Shown: piece after piece, positions 7,800-19,200 of the stretch
Layout of the letters: each line of letters begins with the position of its first letter
How positions within the stretch are numbered: position 1 is the stretch's first letter
From: Methanobacteriota archaeon
GTDB taxonomy: Archaea; Thermoplasmatota; Thermoplasmata; SG8-5; DAIRED01
Length of the DNA stretch: 64,000 bases
Assembly: GCA_043799545.1 (NCBI GenBank)
Contig: JAZDNO010000026.1
Coordinates: 64,001-128,000 of the forward strand
Reading direction: 5' to 3'
Position numbers and translations under genes: made by a program
Notes under the pieces: model-generated
The model's database searches: none
What the model was told of the DNA's origin: nothing
What the model saw: only the letters and a program-made list of their open reading frames with translations

Positions 7800-10297
7800 T
7801 CGCCGTCCTCCTTCTCGAGGTAGCGCTCGTCTATAATCTTCCGTATGTGCTCCGCGGTCGCCTGGCCTACTCCCTTGACACGGCAGAGCTCTTCCGCCGA
7901 CGCCGTCATCACGGCGCGCGCGGAACCGAAGTGCGCGAGCAGCCGCTGAGCCAGCGTCGCCGAGATGCCGGGCAGCCCCTCGACGAGGAACTGCTGCCGC
8001 TCGTGCAGGAGCATCCCGCCCTTGCCGGAGCGCATCGGAGGCGGACCGCCCCCCGTGGCAATCTCGCGCTTCACGAAGGCGTGTATCATCCGCGCAGTCT
8101 CGAGGGGGTCCTTGGAGAACAGAACAGGAACGCCGAAGTCGCCGGCGATTGACGCCAGCGCTCCGTAAATCGCTGAGTCGGATACCTGGCGCACTCCGAA
8201 CAGCGTCTCGCCCTCGATTATCATCACCGGCCGCTGGTACGCCCGCTTCAGCTCCTTCGCCTGCTGGAACAAGCGGCCGTCGAGCATCGACGCCAGGAAG
8301 TCGGCGACCTCCTTCCTTTCGACCGCGACGCGCTCCGAGACCACGTAATCCCCGGTCGGAAGCTGCGCGGTCCGAACCGCGAGGCCCATCCTGGCCAGCT
8401 CGCGGACGACCGAGGAATTTAACTCCCTGCTGTCGACGACGACCTCGGCTGTTTTGGGCGGGGGTTCGGATGCCGATTGCCGCCCGCCCGCGGCAACGAC
8501 AATCGCAGGCTCGACTTTCTGCGCTTTGAAATCCGCGAGCCTGGCCTGCCCCTTCCTCGCCAGCTCTGGATGGTCTGGCGCGTCCGACGGCGCGTCGTGT
8601 ACCGTTTCATCGGGTGCTGCAACCGCAGGCGGTTCTCCGGTTCCGGGCGGCGGCGGGACGTCCGTCAGCTCGTCCAGCTTCGCGACCGACGGGTCTGGGA
8701 CCTTCCGTCTCGCCACCTTTCCCTGCGGGGCGCTGGCCATCGCCTCGAAGGCGCTCTTGAACGCCGTCTCCGCGGGCTCACCGACGGCGATGCGCTTCTT
8801 CAGTTCGGCCCGCAGGCGCTCCATGTCGTCGTTCATCTTCCCTTCCTTGCGCCTGCTGACCCAGTACGCGCCCTCGTCGCGGGTGTTCTTCGTGATGAGA
8901 TAGACTACCTTGCCGGCGCGGCTGCGGCCGGTGCGACCGCGGCGCTGGATTGTGCGAATCTCGCTCGGCACTGGCTCGTAGAAAATCACCAGGTCGGTCG
9001 CCGGTATGTCAAGACCCTCCTCCGCCACGCTCGTTGCGACGAGGACGTTGAACTCCCCGTCTCGGAACTTCTGGAGCCTCTCGACCTGGTCCTTCTGCTT
9101 CATCCCCTTGTCCTTTCCCTTGGTCGCCTGGCCGACGAAACGCAGGGCGCGGACGTGCCTCACCTTCTGAAGCTCGGCGGTGACCATCTCCGAGATTTCG
9201 CGGTAGTGGGTGAAGACGATTATCTTGGCCTTGGGGTTCGACTGCAGCTCGTCCTCGACGACCGCAACCACCCGGGAAACCTTCGGATGCTCGAAATCGA
9301 GCTTCGAGGCGATTCTGCGGACCTCGCCAATCCGCGGGTCCACCAGCAGACGGCGACCGGACTTGGTGCTGTCGTCCTCCAAGCGCTCTAAGTACGCAAG
9401 TAGAGCGCCGACGCCCTGCGTCTCCGCCATCGTGAGCGCATGATTCGCTTTCATCGCCATCGCCACCGTCGCCTGCGCATGGAAGAGGCGGGGGTCCTTC
9501 TGCGCCTGCGAGTGCAGCTTCGCCTGGATGAGCTGCTGCGCCTCGAGGATGCTCCGGACGGACGCTGGCTTTCCCCTGGGAAGGACTCCGTAGTTCCGGA
9601 GCGCGTTCACAGCGTCGTTGAGAATTGCGCGGAGCAATTCAGCGAGCTTCTTGACCTCGGGCGGCACGTCCACGCGCAGCCAGCGCTCGTCGATGTCGTG
9701 CAGGTACGGAGCGACATCGGGGTCGTCCTCGCTGCGGATTTCGACGGCCTGGATGCCCAGGTTGGCGCAGACCTCCATGACCTTCTGCGGGTCGCTGCCC
9801 GGCGAGGCGGTCATGCCCATAACGAGGCCCTTGTTCGCGAACTTCTCCCCTATGAAAACGTAGGCGTAGTCGCCGACCGCGCGGTGCGCCTCGTCGAAGA
9901 CCAGAAGGCTGACATCGTCGAGGTTCATCTCTCCCGAAATCAGGTCGTTGACAATCACCTGCGGCGTGCTCACGATGATGCTGTAGCGGGACCATGACTC
10001 GCGGCGCTCGTGCGGGGCCATCTCCCCCGTGAAGACTGCGGGCTCCTCGACCAAAAGCACATCCCTAAGCGTCTGGGCGTGCTGCTCGACAAGCGGCTTT
10101 GTCGGGGCGAGGAACAGAACTTTGCCCTTCTGCCGCTTGAGTATATCGGCCATCGCCAGCACGGCTATCATGGTCTTGCCTATGCCGGTCGGCAGGACGA
10201 CGAGCGTGGGGCGCTGGACGCACGAACGGGCTATAGCGATTTGGTAGGCTCGCTCCTCCACTGTCTCGGGCTTTATCAGCGAATGCGAGACGAACAC
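7796..10297 (-). CDS. hef: Hef (FANCM/XPF-like) SF2 helicase-ERCC4 nuclease
   Basis: LPTGIGKT, DEAH, QRRGRTGR, ERK nuclease motif (VAVERKEVADF), C-terminal HhH. Confidence 0.95.
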   Translation of the reverse strand: MFVSHSLIKPETVEERAYQIAIARSCVQRPTLVVLPTGIGKTMIAVLAMADILKRQKGKVLFLAPTKPLVEQHAQTLRDVLLVEEPAVFTGEMAPHERRESWSRYSIIVSTPQVIVNDLISGEMNLDDVSLLVFDEAHRAVGDYAYVFIGEKFANKGLVMGMTASPGSDPQKVMEVCANLGIQAVEIRSEDDPDVAPYLHDIDERWLRVDVPPEVKKLAELLRAILNDAVNALRNYGVLPRGKPASVRSILEAQQLIQAKLHSQAQKDPRLFHAQATVAMAMKANHALTMAETQGVGALLAYLERLEDDSTKSGRRLLVDPRIGEVRRIASKLDFEHPKVSRVVAVVEDELQSNPKAKIIVFTHYREISEMVTAELQKVRHVRALRFVGQATKGKDKGMKQKDQVERLQKFRDGEFNVLVATSVAEEGLDIPATDLVIFYEPVPSEIRTIQRRGRTGRSRAGKVVYLITKNTRDEGAYWVSRRKEGKMNDDMERLRAELKKRIAVGEPAETAFKSAFEAMASAPQGKVARRKVPDPSVAKLDELTDVPPPPGTGEPPAVAAPDETVHDAPSDAPDHPELARKGQARLADFKAQKVEPAIVVAAGGRQSASEPPPKTAEVVVDSRELNSSVVRELARMGLAVRTAQLPTGDYVVSERVAVERKEVADFLASMLDGRLFQQAKELKRAYQRPVMIIEGETLFGVRQVSDSAIYGALASIAGDFGVPVLFSKDPLETARMIHAFVKREIATGGGPPPMRSGKGGMLLHERQQFLVEGLPGISATLAQRLLAHFGSARAVMTASAEELCRVKGVGQATAEHIRKIIDERYLEKEDGE

Positions 10298-10412
10298 GCA
10301 CCACCATCAGCCGGGAGATATAATGTGGTTTCGGACGGGTCTCCGAAACTGCATGAGGGTCTTGGCTCATCCCGTCGCAAAGTCTTTTATATATCAGAAC
10401 CGATTATCACCC

Positions 10413-10958
10413 ATGTTCGTGAACGCGATGGGTCCGCAGAGCCGCACGGGCTACGAGACCGGAGATTTGTTAACTGGGCTTCTGCTGCTCGTGGTCGGGC
10501 TGCTGCTGGCGTTCATGGGGGAGGACATCTGGTCGGCCGTGCTCGGGTTCATAGGGGCGATAATCGGCGGCGTCATCGGCTACGCGATCGGGTTGGCGAT
10601 ATTCGGCGGATGGCTCCTGCCGCTCATAATCGGAATCGTCTGCGCGATAATCGGCAGCATCCTGTTCAGCTGGCTGGTCGAGCTTGCGCTGGCCGTTCTC
10701 GCCGGGGCGATGGCGGCGGGCGTGGCCTGGCTGATATATCCGGAATACTGGGTCGCCATCGTCGTCTTCATCGTTGTCACGATAGTGGTCTACGTCTTCA
10801 TCGAGGAGGTCGTCGCCGTGCTGACCGCGCTCATCGGCGGGATACTCGCCGGCGCCGGGACGTACCTGCTGACGGGGACCTGGTGGCTCGCGGCAATCGT
10901 CGGCGTGCTGGTGTTCATCGGCGGCGCGGCGTACCAGCTGTTCATAGATGACGATTAG
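10413..10958 (+). CDS. Multi-pass membrane protein (DUF4203-like)
   Basis: Gly-rich hydrophobic helices throughout; TTTTATATAT at 10385-10394 suggests a near-leaderless start at 10413. Confidence 0.7.
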   Translation: MFVNAMGPQSRTGYETGDLLTGLLLLVVGLLLAFMGEDIWSAVLGFIGAIIGGVIGYAIGLAIFGGWLLPLIIGIVCAIIGSILFSWLVELALAVLAGAMAAGVAWLIYPEYWVAIVVFIVVTIVVYVFIEEVVAVLTALIGGILAGAGTYLLTGTWWLAAIVGVLVFIGGAAYQLFIDDD

Positions 10959-10962
10959 TGAT

Positions 10963-11322
10963 ATGATGAGGCCAACGAGAACGGGTATGGTATTCATGGC
11001 GATTACCGCCTTCGCCGTGATTGTCGGCGTCGTTCTGTCGCCATGCGTTCCGTTTTTCATCGGAGCGGGGGCGATGATGCTGGTCTGGGCGGTCCGCGGG
11101 GGGATGAGCGCCGGCAATCCCTTTAAGAAACGGGCAATCGACGAGGGTAAGATCGGTTTCACAAGCGGTTATTTCAAACCTGCTAGCCAGGCCGATTATT
11201 CCTTCCGGGGGCCGAAAATCACCGACAAGGATTACTTCTACATCTTTCTCTGGGGCGTCGGGCTGCTCATTCTGTTTCTGGCTTTGACGGCCATGTCGAT
11301 ATACGGATGGCTGAAATACTAG
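10963..11322 (+). CDS. Small membrane protein
   Basis: Three hydrophobic segments; follows previous stop by 4 nt. Confidence 0.65.
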   Translation: MMRPTRTGMVFMAITAFAVIVGVVLSPCVPFFIGAGAMMLVWAVRGGMSAGNPFKKRAIDEGKIGFTSGYFKPASQADYSFRGPKITDKDYFYIFLWGVGLLILFLALTAMSIYGWLKY

Positions 11323-11376
11323 GCGGATTACGGCCCTCCGAAACCAATTTATCCCCATTTCCATTAGCACAACGCA

Positions 11377-12354
11377 ATGATTATCCTAGGAATCGAAGGC
11401 ACCGCCCATACGGCCGGCGTTGGAATAGTCGACGACAAGGCGAACGTCCTGGCCAACGTCATCGAGATGTACAAGCCCGCGCAGGGAGGCATCCACCCCC
11501 GGGAGGCGGCGAACCACCACGCGGAGGTTCTAGTTCCGACCATCGAGAAGGCGCTGGCCGACGCCAAGCTATCTGCGAAGGACATCGAGCTCGTGGCGTT
11601 CTCGCAAGGGCCTGGCCTCGGGCCTTGCCTGAGGACCGCAGCGACGGCCGCGCGCGCCTTCGCGGTCTCGCTAGGTGTCCCCCTCATCGGCGTCAACCAC
11701 TGCGTGGCGCACCTGGAAATCGGGCGCGCGGTCACGGGCTGCGACGACCCGGCTTTGCTCTACGTCTCGGGTGGGAACACCCAGGTCATCGCCTTTTCCA
11801 ACGGGCGCTACAGAGTCTTCGGCGAGACGCTGGACATCGGAATCGGCAACATGATAGACAAGTTCGGGCGCGAGTCGGGCATGGGTTTTCCCGCTGGTCC
11901 GCTCCTAGAGAAGAAGGCCGCGGATGGCAAGCGCCTGCTGGAGCTGCCATATTCGGTAAAGGGCATGGACGTGGCGTTCTCCGGCATTCTGACTGCCGCG
12001 ATAGCGCTCTCGAAGAGCGAACCCATCGAGGACGTGGCATTCTCAATCCAGGAGACCACATTTGCCATGCTCACCGAGGTCACTGAGCGGGCGATGGCGC
12101 ACGTCGGTAAAACTGAGGTCCTGCTCGGCGGCGGCGTCGCGCAGAACAAGCGCCTCCAGGGGATGGTCCGGAAGATGTGCGACGAGCGGGGCGCGAAGAT
12201 GTTCGTGCCGCCGAGGGAGCTCTGCGTCGACAACGGCGCGATGATTGCCTGGACGGGGTACGTGATGCGCCGCGGCGGAGTCAGAATGAAGGTCGAGGAG
12301 ACGGCCGTCAACCAGAGGTTCAGGACGGACGACGTGGACGTGACGTGGAGATAG
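11377..12354 (+). CDS. kae1: tRNA N6-threonylcarbamoyladenosine transferase Kae1 (stand-alone)
   Basis: [35 protein letters not shown]. Confidence 0.97.
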   Translation: MIILGIEGTAHTAGVGIVDDKANVLANVIEMYKPAQGGIHPREAANHHAEVLVPTIEKALADAKLSAKDIELVAFSQGPGLGPCLRTAATAARAFAVSLGVPLIGVNHCVAHLEIGRAVTGCDDPALLYVSGGNTQVIAFSNGRYRVFGETLDIGIGNMIDKFGRESGMGFPAGPLLEKKAADGKRLLELPYSVKGMDVAFSGILTAAIALSKSEPIEDVAFSIQETTFAMLTEVTERAMAHVGKTEVLLGGGVAQNKRLQGMVRKMCDERGAKMFVPPRELCVDNGAMIAWTGYVMRRGGVRMKVEETAVNQRFRTDDVDVTWR

Positions 12355-12358
12355 TGGC

Positions 12359-13111
12359 TCACTCCTTCAGCCGCACGTACACGCCCGCCCCGCTTCCCCG
12401 GAACTCGAAGAAGCTCTCCTGGTCCTTGAACAGGGGGAGCATCTGCCTGTACCCGTAGTCGCGCGGGTCGAAGCTGGGGTCTATCTTGCTCAGGCTCTCC
12501 CGAATCTGCGATAGGTGCGCCCAGCCGTCGTCCAGCACCGCCATGTTGTAGGCTTTAATCAGGAGCTTGATGAGCTTGGCGTTCTTCGCCTTCGAGGGCT
12601 CGACGATGACCTTCGCAATCTTCTTCTCCACGGGAGTCTCGGGTCCGTCCCCGCGCATCAGGTTCTCGGTGTACACGAATATCTCGCAGCTCTTCACGAA
12701 GGCGTCGGGCGTCTTGCGCTCGCCTATCCCCATCACGAAGATTCCGTGTTCGCGGATGCGCGTTGCCAGGCGCGTGTAGTCCGAATCGGAAGATATTATC
12801 GCGAAGCCGTCCACCAGCTTCGAGTGCAGGAGGTCCATCGCGTCTATTATGAGCGCCGAATCCGTGGCGTTCTTCCCCACGGTGTTGCGGAACTGCTGAA
12901 TCGGCTGGATGGCGTGCTCGTGGAGGTACCGCTTCCAAGAAGTCATCGACTGCTGGGTCCAGTCGCCGTAGATGCGCTTTATCGTGAGCGTGCCGTGGCG
13001 GCTCGTCTCCTGGATTATCTTCTCGATGAGCTTGGGCTGGGCGTTGTCGCCGTCGACCAGCATGGCAATCTTGCGCTGCGGCCTCATGGCTTCGGAGGTT
13101 TTCTCGACCAT
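12359..13111 (-). CDS. NYN (LabA/DUF88) PIN-like nuclease with OST-HTH/LOTUS domain
   Basis: LVDGDNA, KNATDSALIIDAMD, SSDSDY, FDPRDYGY. Confidence 0.9.
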   Translation of the reverse strand: MVEKTSEAMRPQRKIAMLVDGDNAQPKLIEKIIQETSRHGTLTIKRIYGDWTQQSMTSWKRYLHEHAIQPIQQFRNTVGKNATDSALIIDAMDLLHSKLVDGFAIISSDSDYTRLATRIREHGIFVMGIGERKTPDAFVKSCEIFVYTENLMRGDGPETPVEKKIAKVIVEPSKAKNAKLIKLLIKAYNMAVLDDGWAHLSQIRESLSKIDPSFDPRDYGYRQMLPLFKDQESFFEFRGSGAGVYVRLKE

Positions 13112-13178
13112 ATGAAACACTTCTCGTCAAACGATAGCGGATATTGATAGAAAAGGCTGCCGGAGCCTCGGAGCTGGG

Positions 13179-13784
13179 CTACCGCGTACTCCCCCCCCTG
13201 CGCTGGGTTCGCAACAATTTGTAGGCACCCCCGACCTCCAGGATGATGTATTTGTACCGCTCCGAGGATGCCTCCCGGCCTATGCCGAGCCGCTCAGCAT
13301 AAATATCATAATTGTGCGGCGCGTACATTTTCGCCATCGTCCGGTACGCCTTGCGCGCGGAGTCCACCGAGGTCTTCCACGGTATCGAGATGCCCAGGGA
13401 GGCAGCTTCTTGACGGATGAGCGAGTATGCGGCACGGGGCGTCAGTTCCTTGCGCTTGGCCAGTTCCAGCGTCCCGCGCAGCCCGTCGATGTCGCTTCCG
13501 ATTTTATAATGGTCGATTTCCAGGTCGTTCAGCCAATTGTAGGCTCCTTCCAGTTGAGCCAGCCTTATATTCCCTTCGAGATAGCTCCTGCTGCCGCGCT
13601 TTATCTCGTCGATGCGGAACCACGGCGGCGAGGCCTGGGTTTTGGCCTTCTCTATGTCTTTCTCCACGAGCTTTATCTCCTTCTTCAGGACTGCTAGCTC
13701 CTCCTTGACTGCCCGTATCCTGGCCTCCCTGATTTTTCCGAGGCCTTCCTTGCCGACGAGGATTATCTCCGTTCCCTTCGCCAC
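13179..13784 (-). CDS. Hypothetical coiled-coil protein with J-domain-like C-terminus lacking HPD
   Basis: ARKAYRTMAKMYAPHN...VGGAYKLL; GTG start with RBS GAAGGGAG. Confidence 0.6.
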   Translation of the reverse strand: MAKGTEIILVGKEGLGKIREARIRAVKEELAVLKKEIKLVEKDIEKAKTQASPPWFRIDEIKRGSRSYLEGNIRLAQLEGAYNWLNDLEIDHYKIGSDIDGLRGTLELAKRKELTPRAAYSLIRQEAASLGISIPWKTSVDSARKAYRTMAKMYAPHNYDIYAERLGIGREASSERYKYIILEVGGAYKLLRTQRRGGSTR

Positions 13785-13847
13785 GATTCTCCCTTCGGGT
13801 AATTGTCTTGGAGATTATAAAATGATTATCGCGGGAGAAGATGCCGC

Positions 13848-14372
13848 TCAGATATCCAGTATCATGTGTATGTCTTCCGGCTCCTTGGCGAAGAGCCCTG
13901 GATCGGGCTTCTCCGCCAGGCGCGCCCCCTTCGAGAGATAGAAGCCTACGGCGGACTCGGACGGCGTCGCGGAGATGTAGAGGCGCTTCCGGCTGCGCAT
14001 CCTGGCCTGCCTCACGCACTCTGCCACGAGCGCGGAAGCCACGCCCTTGCGCCTCTGGGCTCTCGACACATGTAGAAAAACCAGCTGCGCGGTCTTGGGG
14101 TCGCCCCCGACGGGCCTGTTTCCCAGAACGGCCAGGCCGAGAAATTCTTCGCCCTCGAACGCGCCCAGAAGCACTCCGCCATGGGAGAGCTCGTACTCCT
14201 GCCAGGCGATGTGGGAGGCGCACTGCGCCTCGGTCCACTGTTGGACATCGATGCGCTTGCTTTCCTTCACCAGCCGCCCACCTACGCTCCGGTGCAGCGC
14301 GCGGACATCCTCCGTCCTGTCGATGTCGCGGATGCGAGCCAGCTCGTCCCGCCCCATGACGCGGACGTTCAT
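13848..14372 (-). CDS. GNAT N-acetyltransferase
   Basis: LHVSRAQRRKGVASAL motif A, SAVGFY; ATGA overlap with the DHH gene. Confidence 0.85.
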   Translation of the reverse strand: MNVRVMGRDELARIRDIDRTEDVRALHRSVGGRLVKESKRIDVQQWTEAQCASHIAWQEYELSHGGVLLGAFEGEEFLGLAVLGNRPVGGDPKTAQLVFLHVSRAQRRKGVASALVAECVRQARMRSRKRLYISATPSESAVGFYLSKGARLAEKPDPGLFAKEPEDIHMILDI

Positions 14373-15730
14373 TCTGCAGGCCCCATCTGTTTCAACACGA
14401 GCTCGTCGGCGAGCGCGAGGAACTCGTCCTCCTTGCCAGACGGCACGTTCGCGCCAGAAGCCACGTTGTGACCCCCTCCGCGGCCGCCTAGATTCTCTGC
14501 GAGCGCGCAGACCTTCCCCAGGTGCAGGCCGCGCGCCACCATCGCCCTGTTGCCCCTGGCAGATATCGAGGTTTCGCCGCCGTCCGGGCTGATTGCGAAA
14601 ACCGGTTTGTCCTTTCGGAGTATGAACTGGATTCCGAGCCCCGCCTCGCTTCCCGCGAACGTCGCCCCCTCGGTGCGGAAGTACTGGATTGCCTTCAGCT
14701 CCTTCGCCCCCTCGCGCTCCAGCCTCACCAGCCCGTCCTTGAGCCGCGAGCGGTACGCCTTGCGGAGGATTTTCGCCTTTTCCAAGGACGCCAGGTCGCC
14801 CAGGCACGCCCCCAGGCCGACTTCAGGCTCGTCCATCCGCCCGGAGGCGTTCACGAGCGCGGAAAGCTCCGCTGCGTCCATCCCCAGCTTGGGGCAGGCG
14901 AACCGCGGGGCCGTGAACTCGGCGACGCTCTCGGGATGGACGTTCGATTCAAGCAGCCGCAGGGTGAGGAGCGAGGCCAGCAGCCTCATGCTCTCCCCCT
15001 CCAAATCCTTTGGCGCGCCGTCGTCCAACCCTGACTCGGAAAGGAACTTCGACGCGGCAGCCGGATTCCCTGTCAGTCCCAGAAAGTACGGGTTTATGGA
15101 ATCGGCTATTCCCTTGGAAATCGTCGCGCCGCGCAGGGATATGCCTTTTTCCTGGACCACGCTTCCGCCCTCGATGGAGTGAGCGACCAGCGCGGCGTTG
15201 ACCCCCTTGAAACCGCCGAGCGACTGCTTGTCGCCGATTATACCGGCGAGCGCGTAGGGGAAGAGGTCTGCGTTGCAAATGTCAAGCTCATAGGCGAACG
15301 CATATGCCAGGCTCGCCGCGCAGAGCTCCGTCGCGCCGTCGACGCCGAAGAAATGGGGGTTCACCTGGACTACCCGCTCGGACTCGCGCTTCGGAGCGTG
15401 ATGGTCCAGTACGATGACGTTGCCAGGGAGCCTTTCCACGAGGTCTATCTGCGCGCTGCCAGCGTCCGAGATGATTGTCAGCGCGTTTCCTTCTGCCGAG
15501 AGAGCCTCGAAGAACGGGGCGTCGAACTTCCTCGCCAGCGTGGCGTGGAACTGCGCCCCCCGCCTGTGCAAGGCCCTGCAGAGCACGCCAGCGGCCGAGA
15601 TGCCGTCGGCATCGTAATGCGAAACCACGCGCACGAAGGGGGCGCCCCCCCGCACGAGTTCTGCAGCGGTCTTGACCCGCTTTGCCATCTCGGGCGGGAG
15701 CCCATGCATCGTGGCGCTCTTAACGGACAT
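14369..15730 (-). CDS. DHH/DHHA1 RecJ-like phosphoesterase (GAN-like)
   Basis: HYDADG, LDHH, GGGHNVASG; conserved position after rps15. Confidence 0.9.
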   Translation of the reverse strand: MSVKSATMHGLPPEMAKRVKTAAELVRGGAPFVRVVSHYDADGISAAGVLCRALHRRGAQFHATLARKFDAPFFEALSAEGNALTIISDAGSAQIDLVERLPGNVIVLDHHAPKRESERVVQVNPHFFGVDGATELCAASLAYAFAYELDICNADLFPYALAGIIGDKQSLGGFKGVNAALVAHSIEGGSVVQEKGISLRGATISKGIADSINPYFLGLTGNPAAASKFLSESGLDDGAPKDLEGESMRLLASLLTLRLLESNVHPESVAEFTAPRFACPKLGMDAAELSALVNASGRMDEPEVGLGACLGDLASLEKAKILRKAYRSRLKDGLVRLEREGAKELKAIQYFRTEGATFAGSEAGLGIQFILRKDKPVFAISPDGGETSISARGNRAMVARGLHLGKVCALAENLGGRGGGHNVASGANVPSGKEDEFLALADELVLKQMGPAE

Positions 15731-15734
15731 GGCC

Positions 15735-16193
15735 TCAGCGGCTCAGCTGAATCTCCGCGGTGGCCAGGGAATAAGTCCAGCCCTCGGGCAGCACTTCGTT
15801 CCGCCTGTAATAAGTGACGAGGCGCCTGATTCTGGCCTCTATGAGATGCAGGCCGCGCTTGTTGTGCGTGTCCTTTGGATTCTCCACTATGTGAACGTTC
15901 AGCTCGACGGCGCGCCGCATCAGCGCCGCCAAGTCTTCCGGCAGGCTCGGCTTCACGCCCCTGGCTGTCAAAATCTGGGTGACGGACTTGCCCGTGGCCA
16001 GCATAACGTCGGGGACTCCGAACTGGTCCCTGAGCTTTAGGCCAATCATGGGCGCGGCCATCCCCTCGTTCGCCAACTGGACTATTTTTTCCTCTATCTC
16101 CGCAGCGTCGAGCGGCACCCACTCTGGGTTCTCGCTTATGTTCGGGCGCTTCGAGCTCGACCGGCCCTTTCTCTTCGAATGCATTCTAGACAT
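15735..16193 (-). CDS. rps15: 30S ribosomal protein uS15 (S15p/S13e)
   Basis: MSRMHSKRKGRSSS...PEDL...ARIRRLVTYYRR; RBS GGAGG. Confidence 0.97.
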   Translation of the reverse strand: MSRMHSKRKGRSSSKRPNISENPEWVPLDAAEIEEKIVQLANEGMAAPMIGLKLRDQFGVPDVMLATGKSVTQILTARGVKPSLPEDLAALMRRAVELNVHIVENPKDTHNKRGLHLIEARIRRLVTYYRRNEVLPEGWTYSLATAEIQLSR

Positions 16194-16256
16194 GTTCATA
16201 CCTCCAGTGGCGAAGGTGAAATTCCCGATACAGTTACTCCTATATAATATTGCATG

Positions 16257-19200
16257 TCACCAGTCGACGGTCCAAACTGCATCCGCAGGCACGTAGACCC
16301 AATACGCGGTGCAGCGCTTGAGGATCAATCCGTACGCCAGCGTCGTCACCAGGTATTCAGCAGCCGGGTCGAACCCCTCCAAAATCGTCGCCCCGGTATC
16401 CGTCCTGAATTCCACAGTGGAGTAGAAGCTGTCGTTCGCTGATGGATAACCCACGAGGTTCCAGCCGGCACGGAGCTCTATCGTCGTCGAGCCGGGAGGC
16501 AGCCCACACACTCTGAGAGTGCACGCGTCGGAAACCCTCAGCCAGAATCCAACCCGGTGGTCCAGCTTCGTCAGGTCGTTCATCGATGCCGACCATCCAG
16601 TGAAATACTGCTTCCAGCGGTTCCAGGGATTGCCCGGGTCCCAGGCCATCACATGGTCCCATTTCCCCTTGATTGACGACAACGCGGACTCCACGGACTC
16701 GTTGAGCTGGACCAAGGGCAACGAGACGAGGTTCCAGCCCTTGTCTAGGGGTATGTCGACGAAGGTGACTGCTGTGAAGCTCCAGGAGCGGTCCATGAGG
16801 TTTCCGGCCGGGTCGCGGGCGACTATGCGGCAGCGCACGACGTCGCCTACGGAGAAACCCGCCGCGTGCCAGTAGCTGACGTTGTATCCTCCGGAGACAG
16901 GGGCGAGATCGTAGAAGACTGCGTAACCCTGGACGTAGAGCCTAATGCTAGATTGCACAACTCCCGAGACGTCTGTGACTTGGACGGATATCACCGGGCT
17001 CAAATCGGTGTAGCCCTCCCCGGGGGCGGGCCACTCGCGCGATGCCGAAGGCGGATATATATCCGACTCGGTGATGAAATTCCATCCGTACGCGCCCATT
17101 GAGTTCCCGGCGACGTCCTCGATGCCGGCCTCGATGTGCGCCGCGTATGCCCTGGATGGCAGCAGCTGCTCCCCGGGGACGAAAACCATCGTCGCGCCGT
17201 CCGCCCAGTAGAACTCTCCAGAAACCGGGGGATCGAACCACAGCGCCATCTCCGCGCCCACCTTGCGGACTGGCTCGTTGAAACGCACCGTTATGTTGGA
17301 GAAAACCCCCACTCTGGCCTCGCCATCGAATGGGTCGGTCCAGAGAATCACGGGCGCGCTCAAGTCCGCTGTGAAGTTCCAGTAGAAATCCGCGAAATTC
17401 CCATACATGTCGGTCGCCGCGATGCGGCACCTGATTACCTGGCCATCATTGGCTCCGACCTCGTAGAAGTAGGACACGTTGTAGCCGTCGGTCACCGCGC
17501 TGAGGTTGTAGTACACCCTGTACCCGTCGACGTACAGCTTGATGGAGCTTGCATCGATTCCATACGGGTCTATCGCGAGGATTGAAATCGTTGGGTATGG
17601 CGCGTTGACGAAGCTGTCCGGCGCGGGACTGGCCTCCAAAAAGGTCGGGGGAGTGCGGTCCGTGGAGAAGATTTCCAGGTGGCTCTCCGCCATGGGGACC
17701 AGCCTCGGGTTCAGGTCGAATTTCGCCCCGAGGTAATCGACACGGGCCAGCGTTTCGTTCTCCCACGCGCCCGTGGAGTTGTGCATGCGGTCCGTGACCC
17801 GGCTCCAGTCCAGGCGGCCGTCCTCGGATGTGAGCGAGTCCAGGGCGAGGGTCCCGGAGTCGTAGGCGCGGACGCGCGCGCCTGCCAGCGGGCTGCCTTC
17901 CTTGTCCTCTGCCAGAACGTGGAGGAAGTTCCTCACCGTGACGTTCGACCGCGCGTCCGAGAACGCAAAATCGCCGTCGAAGGTGCAGTTGAGAAGCTCC
18001 GGATTTGAGCCGCCAGCGGCATTGATCTCTGTGCCGGGAAGAGCCAGCGTAGCGTTGACCAAACGGAAGTCCGAGTCCCAGCAATAGACGCCGGCGGCTC
18101 CGTCGCCCGTGAAAGTCGTCCTCTCCGCCAGACCTGGCACCTCGTAGGTGAGTTCCAGCCCCGAAAGCCTCACGCGCCCCGTGGAGGAGCTTCCGATGCG
18201 GATGGGCACGGTCGTCTCTGCGTCACTTTCCGAGTTCCGCACAAATCCGGCGAACGCCTTGGCCAGGACTGTGCCGTTCATTCGGACTGTGGATGTGAAC
18301 TCTCCCGCGCGGGCCCACTCGGCAGAACCGTCGTCCCCGATGTCTACCCATGGATTCGTCGGGAAACCGGCGTAGCGCTGGTCGTAGACCCAAATGTCGC
18401 CGCCTCCGCTCTTGTTGACCCACGCCACGCGGGGGCCGTTGGCGACGGGCCACGAGTCGCCTCCCGTCTCCCTTTCCAGCGTCTCCGTCGTGCCGGTCGT
18501 GATGTTGTGCATCATCACGCTCCATCCCTCTATCGTGGCTGGCAAGGAGTCGTCGAGGGTCCTGTCGTGCCAGTACCAGACAACCTTGTCGCCGCTCAGG
18601 TCCGGGGCGAAGCTCGCCTGCCCGTCGAATGTGAGCCGGCGCTCCTCCTCGGTCGAGAGGTTGTACAGATATATATCCCACTCTTTCCAGCCATCCAGGT
18701 TGGTGTCCCCCTTTCGGTCGTCCTGGTACGCGAGCCAGTCTCCCCAGAGTGTCGGCAGGCACTGCTGCGACGGCAGCGCCTGGACAAGCTTGTCCTCGCC
18801 TGTCGTTAGGTTGTACAAATGGATGTCCGCCAATTCATAGTATGGGTTCCCCTCGTAATCGTGCCAGACGACCTCGTCCCCGTGTATGTCCGGGTTGATG
18901 TTGTAGCGCGAGTTGTTAGAGAGCTGTTCCGCCCCCCCGGATAAATTTCCTGCGAATATCTTCTGTTTGCCGTCGATTGCGGACCAAGCCAGGCGGTCCC
19001 CCCAAATGGACGGCTGCAAGTCCATCGACGCGCCTGGAACGGCAGGCCAGGTCGTTCCGTTCGAGAGGTCGTGCGCCATGATGTCGTACCCGGCCGCAGC
19101 GTCCCACCTCGTCCAGACGATCGTAGTCCCCCATATGGCTGGGTCGTAGTCAAGCGTTGCGCCGTCCGTTATCACGGTTACCGCGGGGTCGGGGTCCAGG

